From NCBI RefSeq assembly GCF_009914755.1, contig NC_060930.1: a stretch of DNA of 64,000 nucleotides, one strand, 5' to 3'. Both the position numbers and the translations under genes were made by a program. The notes under the pieces were generated by a model. It worked only from the letters and a program-made list of their open reading frames with translations, did no database searches and was not told the origin of the DNA. How positions within the stretch are numbered: position 1 is the stretch's first letter; each line of letters opens with the position of its first letter. This DNA comes from the human T2T-CHM13v2.0 reference genome, Homo sapiens. Below are positions 28,690 to 39,933 of the stretch, piece after piece.

Positions 28690-30610
28690 CCTCCTTTATA
28701 CTTATGAATGGCAATTTGACAGACATGAGCTCTTTTTGTTGATATAAGATTAGATTTATAAAGGCTTATATGCAATTTTAGTAATAACATAAATCAAAGG
28801 ATGAACTGAGGCTATGTGTTAGAGGTGCTTATGTTTTTAATGTTATAGATTATATTCAGTGTAAGGACAATACTGGAGAAAGTGCAAAAATGTGACAGAT
28901 AAGAATTTAATTTACTGATAAAAAGTAAAATAGTATAAAAAAAGCATTTTGATTAATACTAAGATAGAGAAAATTTGACTGAAAATTTTTGGCAGATAAT
29001 AACATTTTTAAACGAACACTTTATCTCTTTGATTAAAGTTAGCATCAGGTGTAAAAAAACTATCATCTTTTTACTGTTATTTTAATTATAGTTTATTGGG
29101 GGACTATAAAATGGTACATTATTTATTTTAAATACTTTTTCTTATTTCAGTCAGATTTAGTTAGGATAATGTACTACTTTAATTTTTTAAATTTATTATA
29201 CTCTTTTTTCAAAAAATAAAATAATAGCATGCAGTAATAGTAATTATTTGAAATAAGGTAATATGCAATAGTAAATTTGCAGCAATTTGGAATTATATGT
29301 GTTTTTCATGTTTAATTTTGTTTAAAAATCATCATAGATACAGTTTTATGGGAAATATGCAAAGAAAATATCTCAGTTGATAAAAACTAAGTTGATAATC
29401 ATGAAGATATCTTGCCTCTGGGTAAAAGATTCAGTATACTTAAAAGTGCTACTGTTTGTTGTTATTTAATATTGTTTTCTATTAAACATAACTTAAAAAA
29501 GAGAACTTTCACCAAAAAAAAGTAAATTTTTTCATGGATGTAAATTTTAAGTACTGACATATTTTAAACTCACGTAAGTTATAAATTAATATACTCTCTA
29601 TGTTTTAAAAAATATGTTTGGTATACAGTGACAAAAATGTTTATCTTTATATCTCTGTTTTTAGATATTATGTTTTCTAACTAAACCTCTACAGTGAGAA
29701 ATATGTATTTGTTTTTACTTTTTGTTGCACAAATATTGAGCAGCATGGAAAATCAGCTTTAAATGAATTTAAATTACTTTAGCACGTAGAAAGAAAGAAA
29801 GAACCAAAATGACTGCATCTTTGTTAAGTATAAAGACATTTGTGGCGTTTTAATTAGCCCATTTTAATTCCCACTTTCTCAGGTCCGCAATAGTTTTGAG
29901 AACTAGCAGCCTAACAATCACAATTGCTGTGGATACCAGCAATTTGGCAATTATTGAAGGGTATAGAAATGATTTGGATCGCCTTCAAAAAAATCTGCAG
30001 AGAATTATCATTGTTTTAACTTTCCAGCAGTACTCTAGAAAATCTAGTCTCACTTTTAGGGTTTGCAGTTATTTAATGTGACGCAGGGCTCACTCAGGAG
30101 AAAAGGTCCTATATCAACTGAGGAGAGCAAAGATCACCTGGTGGCCATCACGCAGTCCATCCAGAGGCAAAACTTCTTATTTGAGGAATTTAGACATAAT
30201 TAGACTTTCTTATTATAAAGCCGGCATCTGGTTCCAGGCTTCTTTCCTAAAAATTTGTAAATAACTAGAATTTCTATACATCTCCAGAATGCATGCATGT
30301 CGAAACTCATTGTGAAACCTTTCCTGACATCAAGGCACTAAATGTCTACAAATGTAATCATTTATCATGACACACATGGCTAATATGCTCCAAATTTCCC
30401 TCAAGCTCTGCTTTAAAGTCCATAAAGAAAAACTCACTGTGGCGTGATCAGTCTTCTCCTACTGGACACCTTGCTGCACTCTTCTGCAGGATTATTTCTA
30501 TCTAATACAACTTTTCTTTTCAAACCTATGCCGTTTTTGGTAAATATGTCTTACTACTCACATGCCAATCAGTTTCCCTTGCTGGGGCTCTGTCACCTCG
30601 CCCAGCATCT

Positions 30611-30628
30611 TGGTGGCCCATACGGGGA
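30611..30628 (+). promoter_or_regulatory. Primer-binding site, tRNA-Ile(AAT)
   Basis: tggtggcccatacgggga versus TGGTGGCCCGTACGGGGA, the complement of the tRNA-Ile 3' end (1 mismatch). Confidence 0.85.
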
Positions 30629-31255
30629 CTACACTGGGATTTCTCCCTTTTCTTTTCTTCCTATTTCCCTCGACAGTCTTGTTCTTTACTCTTGGGAACT
30701 GACCATCCCTGGCTGAGGCCATGTTCTGGTGGGATCCTGAAGCCCTGGAGAAAAGATACCTGTCTGTCACTGCCGTTAGGGATGGGGAACTGGCCAGGGC
30801 TCTTTTCTGTTTTCAGACTGCCAGTAAAAAGCAATTAACGGCTTCTGGCTAAGGGCCATTCCCCGGGGTTACCTGCAGGCCAAGACAAAAGAGCTAATTT
30901 GCTCTTGTACAATAGGGTGGCAGGTCCACTTTCACTTCAACACTCTGTAAAGGGTGGCTTGTAAATGAGCAGCAGTGATTTCAACTTTGTGCAGACACGC
31001 TCTACTGGTTGTGGACCCAATTTTGGATTCAACTTTTTCACAGACACTACATCTCAAATTATGAGAGAGTTCTCCTTCACATTAGGTTTGAGCTGACTGC
31101 TCAGACAAGGGCGCACCTGGACTAGTCGTACAGGCAAGGGCAGGCCCTCTATCAGTGGTGAGGTGCCCCTGAAAAGAGTGCGCCAAAGGGAAAAGGGAGG
31201 TCCAAAAGCCTCAGGGACGCCTCAGGGATTTTGTAGTCCCTGATCTAAACCCAAC

Positions 31256-33760
31256 ATGGGTTCAATTCATTCTTCAATTCCATTCGACTCACACTTGGAT
31301 TGCATTCTTAAATATTGGCCCCATTTTTGCCCACAGACTCTCAAAAATAAGCATTAACTTTCTTTTGTAATACAGCTTGGGTTCAATATAAAAACCAAGT
31401 AAATTAAATTGGCCTATCAATGGGACCTTGGATTCAAATATTATTTTGTAACTAGACTCATTTTGTTGGAACCTCTGAAAAGATTCAGAGTTCCTGTATG
31501 TTCAGCTCTTTTTCTCTCTATCTCAAAACCCAAAATTATATGAAAATTGTCATGTATGTGTCCAGGAAACTTCCTCCCTCCCTGATTCTAATGTTTTAAA
31601 TGACCCTTCCTTTTGCCTATCACACTCTCCCCAGCCTGCTCCCACTTCATCTACACCCTCTCCATGTGCTGCATTGGCTAATCAACCGCCTCATAACCAG
31701 ATACTTTATTCCCCTCGCATGCTCACACAGGAGTCACAGATGCCACTAATACACAGTCCTTAGAAAGTTCTAAAAATATTTTACCTCTCTGCAAGGTGGC
31801 AAATGGAGACTTGGGAACAATTTGAATTCATGTCTCTTTTCCAATGTCTGATCTTTTGCAAATTCAATTCAAGTTGCATTTATTTAGCCAAGATCCCTCG
31901 GAATTCATTCAAGAATTTTGGGCTTTAATGATTGCCTCTGATTTAACCTGGCAAGACGTAGTTGCGGTATTAAATATTTGCTGTTCCCATGAAGAAAAAT
32001 CATGCATATGGTCGTCAGCTCGAGCATGGCCTAATTAAGTTTATGCTCATTATCCTAATTATGATAGAGCTGGGGCAAAAGCTGTCTTTGAGACAGAACC
32101 CAATTGGCAGTACCAGGCCACTGATGCTGTGTCTGGAATTGGTGGGTTCTTGGTCTCACTGAATTCAAGAATGAAGCCACGGCCCCTGGTGGTGAGTGTT
32201 ACAGTTCTTAAAAGTGATGTATCTGGAGTTTGTTCCTTCTGATAGTTGGATATGTCCAGAATTTCTTCCTTCTGGTGGGTTCGTGGTTTCAATGGCTTCA
32301 GTAGTGAAGCTACAGACTTCCACGGTAAGTGCTAAAGTTCTTAAGGAGGCATGTCTGGAGTTGTTCATTCCTCCTGGTGGGTTCGTGGTCTCGCTGGCCT
32401 CAGGAGTGAAACTGCAGACCTTCGCGATGAGTGTTACAGCTCATAAAGGCAATGCAGACCCAAAGAGTGAGCAGCAGCAAGATCTATTACCAAAAGCAAA
32501 AGAACACAGCTCCCACAGTGTGGAAGAGGACCTGAGAGGGTTGCCACTGCTGCTTAGGGTAGCCTGCGTTTATTCCCTTATCTGGCCCCACCCACATCCT
32601 GCTGATTGGTCCATTTTACAGAGAGCTGATTGGTCTGTTTTACAGAGAGCTGATTGGTCCATTTTCACAGGGTGCTGATTGGTGTGTTTATAATCCCTGA
32701 GCTAGACACAAAAGTTCTCCAAGTCCCCACTAGATTAGCTAGACACAGAGCACTGATTGGTGCATTCACAAACCCTGAGCTAGACACAGGGTGCTGATTG
32801 GTGCATTTACAAACCTTGAGCTAGACACAGAGTGCTGATTGGTGCATTCACAATCCCTTAGCTAGAAATAAAGGTTCTCCAAGTCCCCACCAAATCAGCT
32901 AAACACAGAGCGCTGATTGGTACATTTACAAACCAAGCTGAGGGAGCCGGCTCAGGCCTCCGCCAGCCCAGAGAAGGGCTCCCACTGTGCAGCCGCGGGC
33001 TGAAGGGCCCCTCAAGCACGGCCAGAGTGGGCACCCAGGCCGAGGAGGTGCTGAGAGCAAGTGAGGGCTGCAGCATGCTGTCGCCTCTCAATGCCAATCC
33101 AAACAGAGGCAGGGCAGATAAGATGATATGATAACTTGTTTGTTGAAAGGAATGAAAAAGGCGGTAATAAAACCCATTAATTTTTCTAAATTAGAATAAT
33201 CACTCAGGAGCCATATGAGAGCCTTGCTCTTTTCCAAGCTAGACTTGGGGAGGACATGCATAAATACACAAATTTAGGCTCTGAAAGCCCTGAGAGCCTT
33301 TCCATTGAGCCATATATTTTATAAGAAGTTAGGCTTCCCCAGATATTGGATAAAACTTCCAAAAGTTAGAGCAAGGCCCACAATCTCCCCTTCCTACTTT
33401 ATTAAATGTAGCCTTTAACATTTTCAGTAACCAGGAGGAAACAAAAAATATAAAAGCTCAAATGGAGGAGAAAAAAAGCCAACGCCAAGCATATTATATA
33501 GCCATGGCATTGGCACATTCTTTTTGTTAGCTAACTACCCCAAGGCTTGTCCTTATAACACTAAAAGAACGGGCCTGTCATCACTGCGGGAATCCAGGAC
33601 ACTGGGGTAGAGAATGTCCCAAGCCTCTGGGTTACAAGCCACCCCTGGAACCCTGTCCTTATTGTAAACAAGAGGGTCATTGGAAGAGTGAGTGTTCCTT
33701 TCTCCCTCATGGTGGGGAAGGTACGTCTTCCTTCTAGACTATTACAGCTACAACCTCACC
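31256..33760 (+). pseudogene. gag: ERV1 gag pseudogene (MA-CA-NC) split by LTR12
   Basis: MGSIHSSIPFDSHLDCILKYWPHFCPQTLK (MA); MSDLLQIQFKLHLFSQDPSEFIQEF..LTWQD (CA); two in-frame CCHC knuckles CHHCGNPGHWGREC (33576-33617) and CPYCKQEGHWKSEC (33654-33695); stops and frameshifts. Confidence 0.9.
32128..33090 (-). mobile_element. LTR12 (ERV9; LTR12C/D-like) solo LTR, internally deleted
   Basis: tgtgtctggaattggtgggttcttgg ... tgctgtcgcctctca; perfect TSD atgc (32124-32127 and 33091-33094); eight ctgattgg (CCAAT) repeats. Confidence 0.95.
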
Positions 33761-33844
33761 AACCTACCTGACAAGGGAGTCCTGCAGAACAGGGCAAGGG
33801 CAAAAATAAGCACATCTAACTCTATTCTTGGATTATAATCAAGC

Positions 33845-33996
33845 AGATATCATGAGAACTCACTATCATAAGAACAGCAAGGAGGAAACCAGCCCCAGAT
33901 CCAATCATCTCCCATCAGGTCCCTTTTCCAACAGTGAGGATTACAATTCAACATTATATTTGGGGGGATGGGAAGATACAGAGCCAAACCATATCA
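33845..33996 (-). mobile_element. MST (MaLR) LTR 5' fragment at the gag/pol deletion junction
   Basis: gagaactcactatcat...ggattacaattcaaca...acagagccaaaccatatca is the reverse complement of the MST LTR start. Confidence 0.8.
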
Positions 33997-34390
33997 CCCA
34001 GTAAATAAACAATAGCTTCAGTCCTTTTTGAATATGGCCAGGTTTTCGAATATATAGATTCTTTCCTTCAGAGTAGTAGCAAAACCTTTATATGAGGCCC
34101 TCAAGGGAACTGGGGAACATCTCTATGCTGGAATAATGATATGAAGCATGCTCTAAACACTTTAAAATAGGTTTTCATCTCAGCCTTGATCTTACCCTCA
34201 TTAGGACTGAATAAACTGTTCTTTTTGTATATACACAGATGGAGGGGAATAGCTTTGGGAGTCTTAGCCCAAAATCTTGGTCCTTCTAAGCACCTATAGC
34301 ATATATTTCAAAAAATTTAAATGTACTATCCCGGGGATGGCCCCCAGTTTAAGACGGTTAGCAGCATGGCCCTCTTACTCCAAGAAGGCC
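33997..34390 (+). pseudogene. pol: ERV1 pol remnant (RT thumb/connection)
   Basis: KQ*LQSFLNMARF..*I.SFRVVAKPLYEALKG resembles the gammaretroviral QLRxFLGMAGFCRxWIP..AKPLY motif. Confidence 0.75.
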
Positions 34391-34599
34391 CGCGGCTCTG
34401 GGGCTCCTATGGCTGTGCTGCACTGCTTATAATTATTTAAACCCTGTTAAAGGTTTAGTCCTATCTTATTTTTGTAATTCTCTTTATTATGGGATTGTAC
34501 TCTGGGTGCAGTATCTTCCACCCAAATTGCTGTCTTAAACATAACTCTCAATCTAGAATCTCATTCTAGAAAAAAAAAGAGCCCTAGGACTTATTATGG

Positions 34600-35130
34600 A
34601 TAGTGTTTTAGGAACTATCACAACTCTCACCCCTTGGGGAGGTTTTATTTACTATGAAATCACATTACAGGAACTTACTACCTCCCTTATCATAGTCTAA
34701 GCAAGAACTGAAGTAAGATTTTTGGTGCTAGAAAAGTCTGTAGACTCACTAGCAGGAATAATTTTTGATAATAGACAAACTCTACCTCCTATCTGAACAA
34801 GTAGGAGTCTGTGATGTCATCAATAAATCCTGTTGCACCTACATCAGTGGGTCTAAAAAAGTGGAAACTAATATCCAAGAAATTTTTTTAACAAGTTGCA
34901 TGGCTACACACACTTTCCCAGAGGAACCAAGACTGGGCCAAAACCTTTACTAATTCATTTCCAAAATCACATGGCTTCTCCCATTACTAGGACCTTTATT
35001 CCTCATCATTCTTTTAATATTTGGTCCCTGCATTTTTGATGCTCTGATTAAGTTTCTATCTTCCAGATTACAATTGTTCCACTTACAGATGACTATGCAG
35101 TCCCAATACCAGCCTGCAACAGCAACGCCC
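34600..35130 (+). pseudogene. env: ERV1 env TM remnant
   Basis: DSLAGIIFDNRQTL/YLLSEQVGVCDVINKSCCTYI (ISD plus CX6CC); transmembrane segment WLLPLLGPLFLIILLIFGPCIF. Confidence 0.85.
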
Positions 35131-37058
35131 ATTTACATGGGGCCTCTTGAAAGAATCTGGTCTTTCCCCATGAATAAGTTTTTCATGACTCTTCTTTTCC
35201 TTCATGAGAGAGAGCAAGAAAAGGAAAATGCAACTTATCCTTTCAATGCCTTCTTTTCAGCAGGAAGTAGCCAGACAGACTCAACACCCCTTTTCACTGT
35301 GCCATTTTCCCTTTCTTGAGAACCTAATTGGCAGCAGGTAAACTGAGCTTAGGGAAACATAAAGGATAAAAGATTTGACCAAGATATTTGTCAGGGAGAA
35401 AATGAAGAGAGCAAAGATCACCTAGTGACCATCAAACAGGCCATCCAGAGGTAAAACTCCTTATCTGAGAAATTTAGAAGTAACTAGACTTTCCTATTAT
35501 CTAAATGTGACATCTGGTTCCAGGCTTCTTTCCCTTCAATTCGTAAATAACTAGAATTTCTATACATCTCTGGAATTCATGAATGTCGAAACTCATTGTG
35601 CAACTCTTGCTAATATCAAGGCACCAAAATATCTACTACAAGTGTAATAATTATCATGACCTATGTGGCTAATAAGATCCAAATTTCCCTGCTTTAGGGT
35701 CCATAAACACCTCTAAGGAAAAATCCACAGTGACTTACTCAGTCCTCTCTTGCTGAGGCTTCTCACTTCACTCTTCTGCAGCATTCTTCTAATCTAATAA
35801 AACTTTTCTCTTCATACCTATATTGTTGTTGGTAAGTTCTTCTTGCAAATCACTTCCCTTGCTGGTGCTCTGACACTTCTCCTGGAAACAACAGTATTTG
35901 GAGGACAAAAAATCACTGGCAAATTGTTTAACATTAAAAATGTGATGCCAAAGATCAGATGATTGTAGATGTGTGGTGTGATTTCTGAGGCCTCTGCTCT
36001 GTCCCATTGGTCTATATATCTGTTTTGGTACCAGTACCATACTGTTTTGGTTACTATAGCCTTGTAGTATAGTTTAAAGTCCAGTAGCATGATGCCTCCA
36101 GCTTTTTTCTTTTTGCTTAGAATTGTCTTGGCTACACAGGCTCTTTTTTGGTTCCATATGAACTTTGAAGTAGTTTTTTCCAATTCTGTGAACAAAGTTA
36201 GTGGTAGCTTGATGGTGATAGCATTGAATCTATAAATTACCTTGGGCAGTATGGCCATTTTCACGATATTGATTCTTCCTATCCATGAGCATGAAATGTT
36301 CTTCCATTTGTTTGTGTCCTCTTTTGTTTCATTGAGCAGGGGTTTGTAGTTCTCTTTGATGAGGTCCTTCACATCCCTTGTAAGTATGATTCCCAGGTAT
36401 TTTATTCTCTTTGTAGTAATTGTGAATGGGAGTTCACTCATGATTTGGCTGTTTATCTATTATTGGTGTATAGGAATGTTTGTGATTTTGGCACATTGAT
36501 TTCGTATCCTGAGACTTTGCTGAAGTTGCTTATCAGCTTAATTAAATTTTGGGCTGAGATGATGGGGTTTTCTGAATATACAATCATGTCTCTGCAAACA
36601 GAGATAATTTGACTTCCTCTTTTCCTAATTTAATACCCTTTCTTTCTTTCTCTTGCCTGATGGCCCTAGCCAGAACTTCCAACACTATGTTGAACAGGAT
36701 TGTTGAGAGAGGGCCTCCTTGTCTTGTGCCGGTTTTCAAAGGGAATGCTTCCAGTTTTTGCCCATTCAATATGATATTGGCTGTGGGTTTGTCATAGATA
36801 GCTCTTATTATTTTGAGATAAGTCCCATCAATACCTAGCTTATTGAGAGTTTTTAGCATGAAGGGCTGTTGAATTTTATCAAAGGCCTTTTCTGCATCTA
36901 TTGAGATAATCATGTGGTTTTTGATGTTGGTTCTGTTTTTGTGACAGATTACAATTATTGATTTGCGTATGTTGAACCAGCATTGCATCTCAGTGATGAA
37001 GCCACTTGATCGTGGTGGATAAGTTTTTTGATGTGCTGCTGGATTCGGTTTGCCAGGA

Positions 37059-38783
37059 TTTTTTTTTTTTTTAACTATGAAAGGATCAATTAATTGTGGT
37101 TCAAATACATAAACTGACATTCAAACATCTTAAACTTTAGAACAAAAGTTTAACATTTAAACAGAAGTACAGTTTTCAGGAAACATCCAGAAAGTAATTT
37201 GTCTAATCCAGAGTATTGACAAAGATTGCTTCATGATAAAGTGTGTTTCACCAGCAGTTTTTTTCTTTTTTTCATTCCTCTATAAAAATCACTGGCAGTT
37301 TGATTTAGACCAACTTCATAATGACTGTGGCTCCATACCTTAGAAGAAACTGCTAAATAAATCCCTTAGGTTAATCACCAAGATTGGCCTATAATTTAGA
37401 GGGTATAAGCAAAATATATAAGTGAAAAAATTAAATTGTTCTTTAGAGATGATTTACAAGCATGTCCATTACAGTAATTTTCGCCTCTGACAGATTATTC
37501 AATTTTCAGAGTTTTACTTTTTTCTGGGGGGCGGGGGTAGGGGGGAAGGGAGGGTCTTGCTCTGTTTCCAGGCTGAAGTGCAATGACGTGTTCATGGCTC
37601 ACTGCAGCCTCAACCTCCTGGGCTAAATGCAATCCTCCCACCTCCGCCTCCGGAGTAGCTGGAATTACAGGCACATGCCTCCTTGCCCAGCTAATTTTTC
37701 AATGTTTTGTAGAGGCAGGGTCCCACTATGTTGCCCAGGCTCTTCTCAAACACCTGGGCTCAAGCAATCCTCCCACCTCAGCCTCCCAAAGTGTGTGGAT
37801 TACTTGTGTAAGCCACAGTGCCCGGCCTTACCTGCTTTAAAAAACTAAAAACTTAGGTTTTCTTGGAGTCTGTGCTAGTTGAATCTTGCAAATGCAAACC
37901 ACATATGCTCTTTAATGAAAACCTTTCCATGCACACCACTGTTAGGAAGAGCATCATTAAATCACTGACTTCTACACCCATAAAAGGATGATTTTGAGTT
38001 TCAAGATTTTAGATTTACTAGAGATAGCATGTATTTATCAATAATGTCACACAAAAAATATTTCCAAAGTGTTCTCTGTTCAGAAATGTCACAAATGCTT
38101 CTATTTGTCAGATCATCTTGCAACAGGTCAACTAATACTTATGTACATAAAAACCTGAAAATTGGCACAGGCAGGCATTTTGAATTAGTAGATTACCCCC
38201 ATGGAACAGTATTCAGAATTATTTTGTCTTGTGGGCTCTGAGGCTCTGGGAGGTAGAGGTGGACCCTGACAGTCCAGGTCATCAACATCCACATTCAGTT
38301 GATGCCTCTCAGGCACAGTCCAGTACTCGATACCATTTATCATTCTGCAAAATGTTGTCTACATCTTTCAGGTGCTGGTCATTCTTAGATTAGCTTCTTA
38401 GCTGTTCTGTTGATGAACAGAAGGCTTCAATTTTCAGGATGGATGATTCCAACATCTTCCACAAGCTTTTACTTTCACTATATTATTTGTTATAAATTTG
38501 ATCTCCTTCAAAAGTGCCTTGAAGTCAACTTTGGTTGTAACGTATTTGTCTCTGACGTATTCTTCAAATTCTCTTTGTTTTTTTTTTCCTGTCATTGGAG
38601 AACTGCACCCAGAATCTTATTTTTACTACTTCCACGTGAATGTTAAGGTACTCACAGAGGTTTCATCCAGAAGTCTTCCCTCTTCTTTCTGGTAAGTGCT
38701 TCAATGTGCTCATTAAGCTTCTCTTTCTCTTCCCTTTTCAACAAAGGTCAAGATTCCCAGTGGTGATCTTTTTGATGAGTCCT
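37059..38783 (-). pseudogene. TCERG1: 5'-truncated processed pseudogene of TCERG1 (CA150): C-terminal FF domains, 3'UTR and poly(A)
   Basis: Minus-strand translation fragments KDHHWE..EEKEKL/NEHIEALTRKKRE..DRKK/QREFEEYVRDKYVTTKVDFKALLKEIKFIT..DQHLKDVDNILQNDKWYRVLDC..VDDLDCQGPPLPPRASEPTR match the TCERG1 C-terminus; stop at about 38219-38221; poly(A) is the T-run 37059-37072; frameshifted and intronless. Confidence 0.92.
37518..37827 (-). mobile_element. AluJ within the TCERG1 retrocopy 3'UTR
   Basis: agggtcttgctctg...catggctcactgcagcctcaacctcctgggct...ctatgttgcccaggct...ctgggctcaagcaatcctcccacc (AluJ diagnostics); tail region is G-rich on the plus strand. Confidence 0.9.
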
Positions 38784-39895
38784 TATTGAGGATTTTCGCA
38801 TTGATGTTCATCAGGGATATTGGGCTAAAATTCTCTTTTTTTTGTTGTGTCTCTACCAGGCATTGGTATCAGAATGATGCTAGCCTCATAAAATGAGTTA
38901 AGGAGGATTCCCTCTTTTTCTATCAATTAAAATAGTTTCAGAAGGAATGGTACCAACTCTTCTTTTTACCTCTGGTAGAATTGGGCTGTGAATGTGTCCA
39001 GTCCTGATCTTTTTTTGATTGGTAGGCTATTAATTATTGCCTCAACTTCAGAACCTGTTATTCGTCTATTCAGAGATTCAACTTCTTCCTGGTTTAGTCT
39101 TGGGAGGGTGTATGTGTCCAGGAGTTTATCCATTTCTTCTAGATTTTCTAGTTTATTTGCATAGAGGTGTTTATAGTATTCTCTGATGGTAGTTTGTATT
39201 TCTGTGGGATCAGTGGTGATATCACGTTTATCATTTTTTATTACATCTATTTGATTCTTCTCTTTTTTCTTCTTTATTAGTCTTGCTAGCAGTCTATTTT
39301 GTTGATCTTTTCATAAAGCCAGCTGCTGGATTCATTGATTTTTTGAAGGTTTTTTTGTGTCTCTATCTCCTTCAGTTCTACTCTGATCTTAGTTATTTCT
39401 TGCCTTCTACTAGCTTTTGAATGTGTTTGCTCTTGCTTCTCTAGTTCTTTTAATTGTGATGTTAGGGTGTCAATTTTAGATCTTTCCTGCTTTCTCTTGT
39501 GTACATTTAGTGCTATAAATTTCCCTCTACACACTGCTTTAAGTGTGTCCCAGAGATTCCAGTATGTTATATCTTTGTTCTCATTGGTCAAACCTGACAA
39601 AAAGAAGCAATGGGAAAAGGATTCCCTGTTTAATAAATGGTGCTGGGAAAACCGGCTAGCCATATTTAGAAAGCTGAAACTGGGTCCCTTCCTTACACCA
39701 TATACAAAAATTAACTCAAGGTGGATTAAAGACTTAAATGTAAGACCTAACACCATAAAAACCCTAGAAGAAAACCTAGGCAATACCATTCAGGACATAG
39801 GCATGGGCAAAGACTTCATGACTAAAACACAAAAAGCAATGACAACAAAAGTCAAAATAGACAAATGGGATCTAATTAAACTAAACAGCTTCTGC

Positions 39896-39933
<38 letters not shown>

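Larger units (their letters stand above)
30119..35887 (+). mobile_element. Decayed ERV1 provirus (LTR38-like LTRs, tentative) with tRNA-Ile PBS
   Basis: Homologous LTRs at 30119-30607 and 35403-35887; near-TSD tcaac/acaac; PBS at 30611; PPT agggagaaaa; gag, pol and env remnants in order. Confidence 0.9.

Noticed and set aside
30611-30628. tRNA-like sequence (also 12384-12401)
   Set aside because: These are 18-nt primer-binding sites next to LTRs, not tRNA genes.
32196-32678. 160-aa ORF
   Set aside because: Antisense read-through of LTR12 repeats, with no protein homology I recognise.
32590-32935. Regularly spaced repeats (gctgattgg...gagctagacaca) that look like a CRISPR array
   Set aside because: These are the normal LTR12 U3 tandem repeats; there are no unique spacers, no cas genes, and the context is eukaryotic.
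34765-35132. Possible domesticated env (syncytin-like)
   Set aside because: Frameshift within the ISD, further frameshifts and stops, and SU largely deleted.
38219-38783. Possible genuine TCERG1 or TCERG1L exons
   Set aside because: Intronless, frameshifted, polyadenylated and embedded in an L1, so it is a processed pseudogene.
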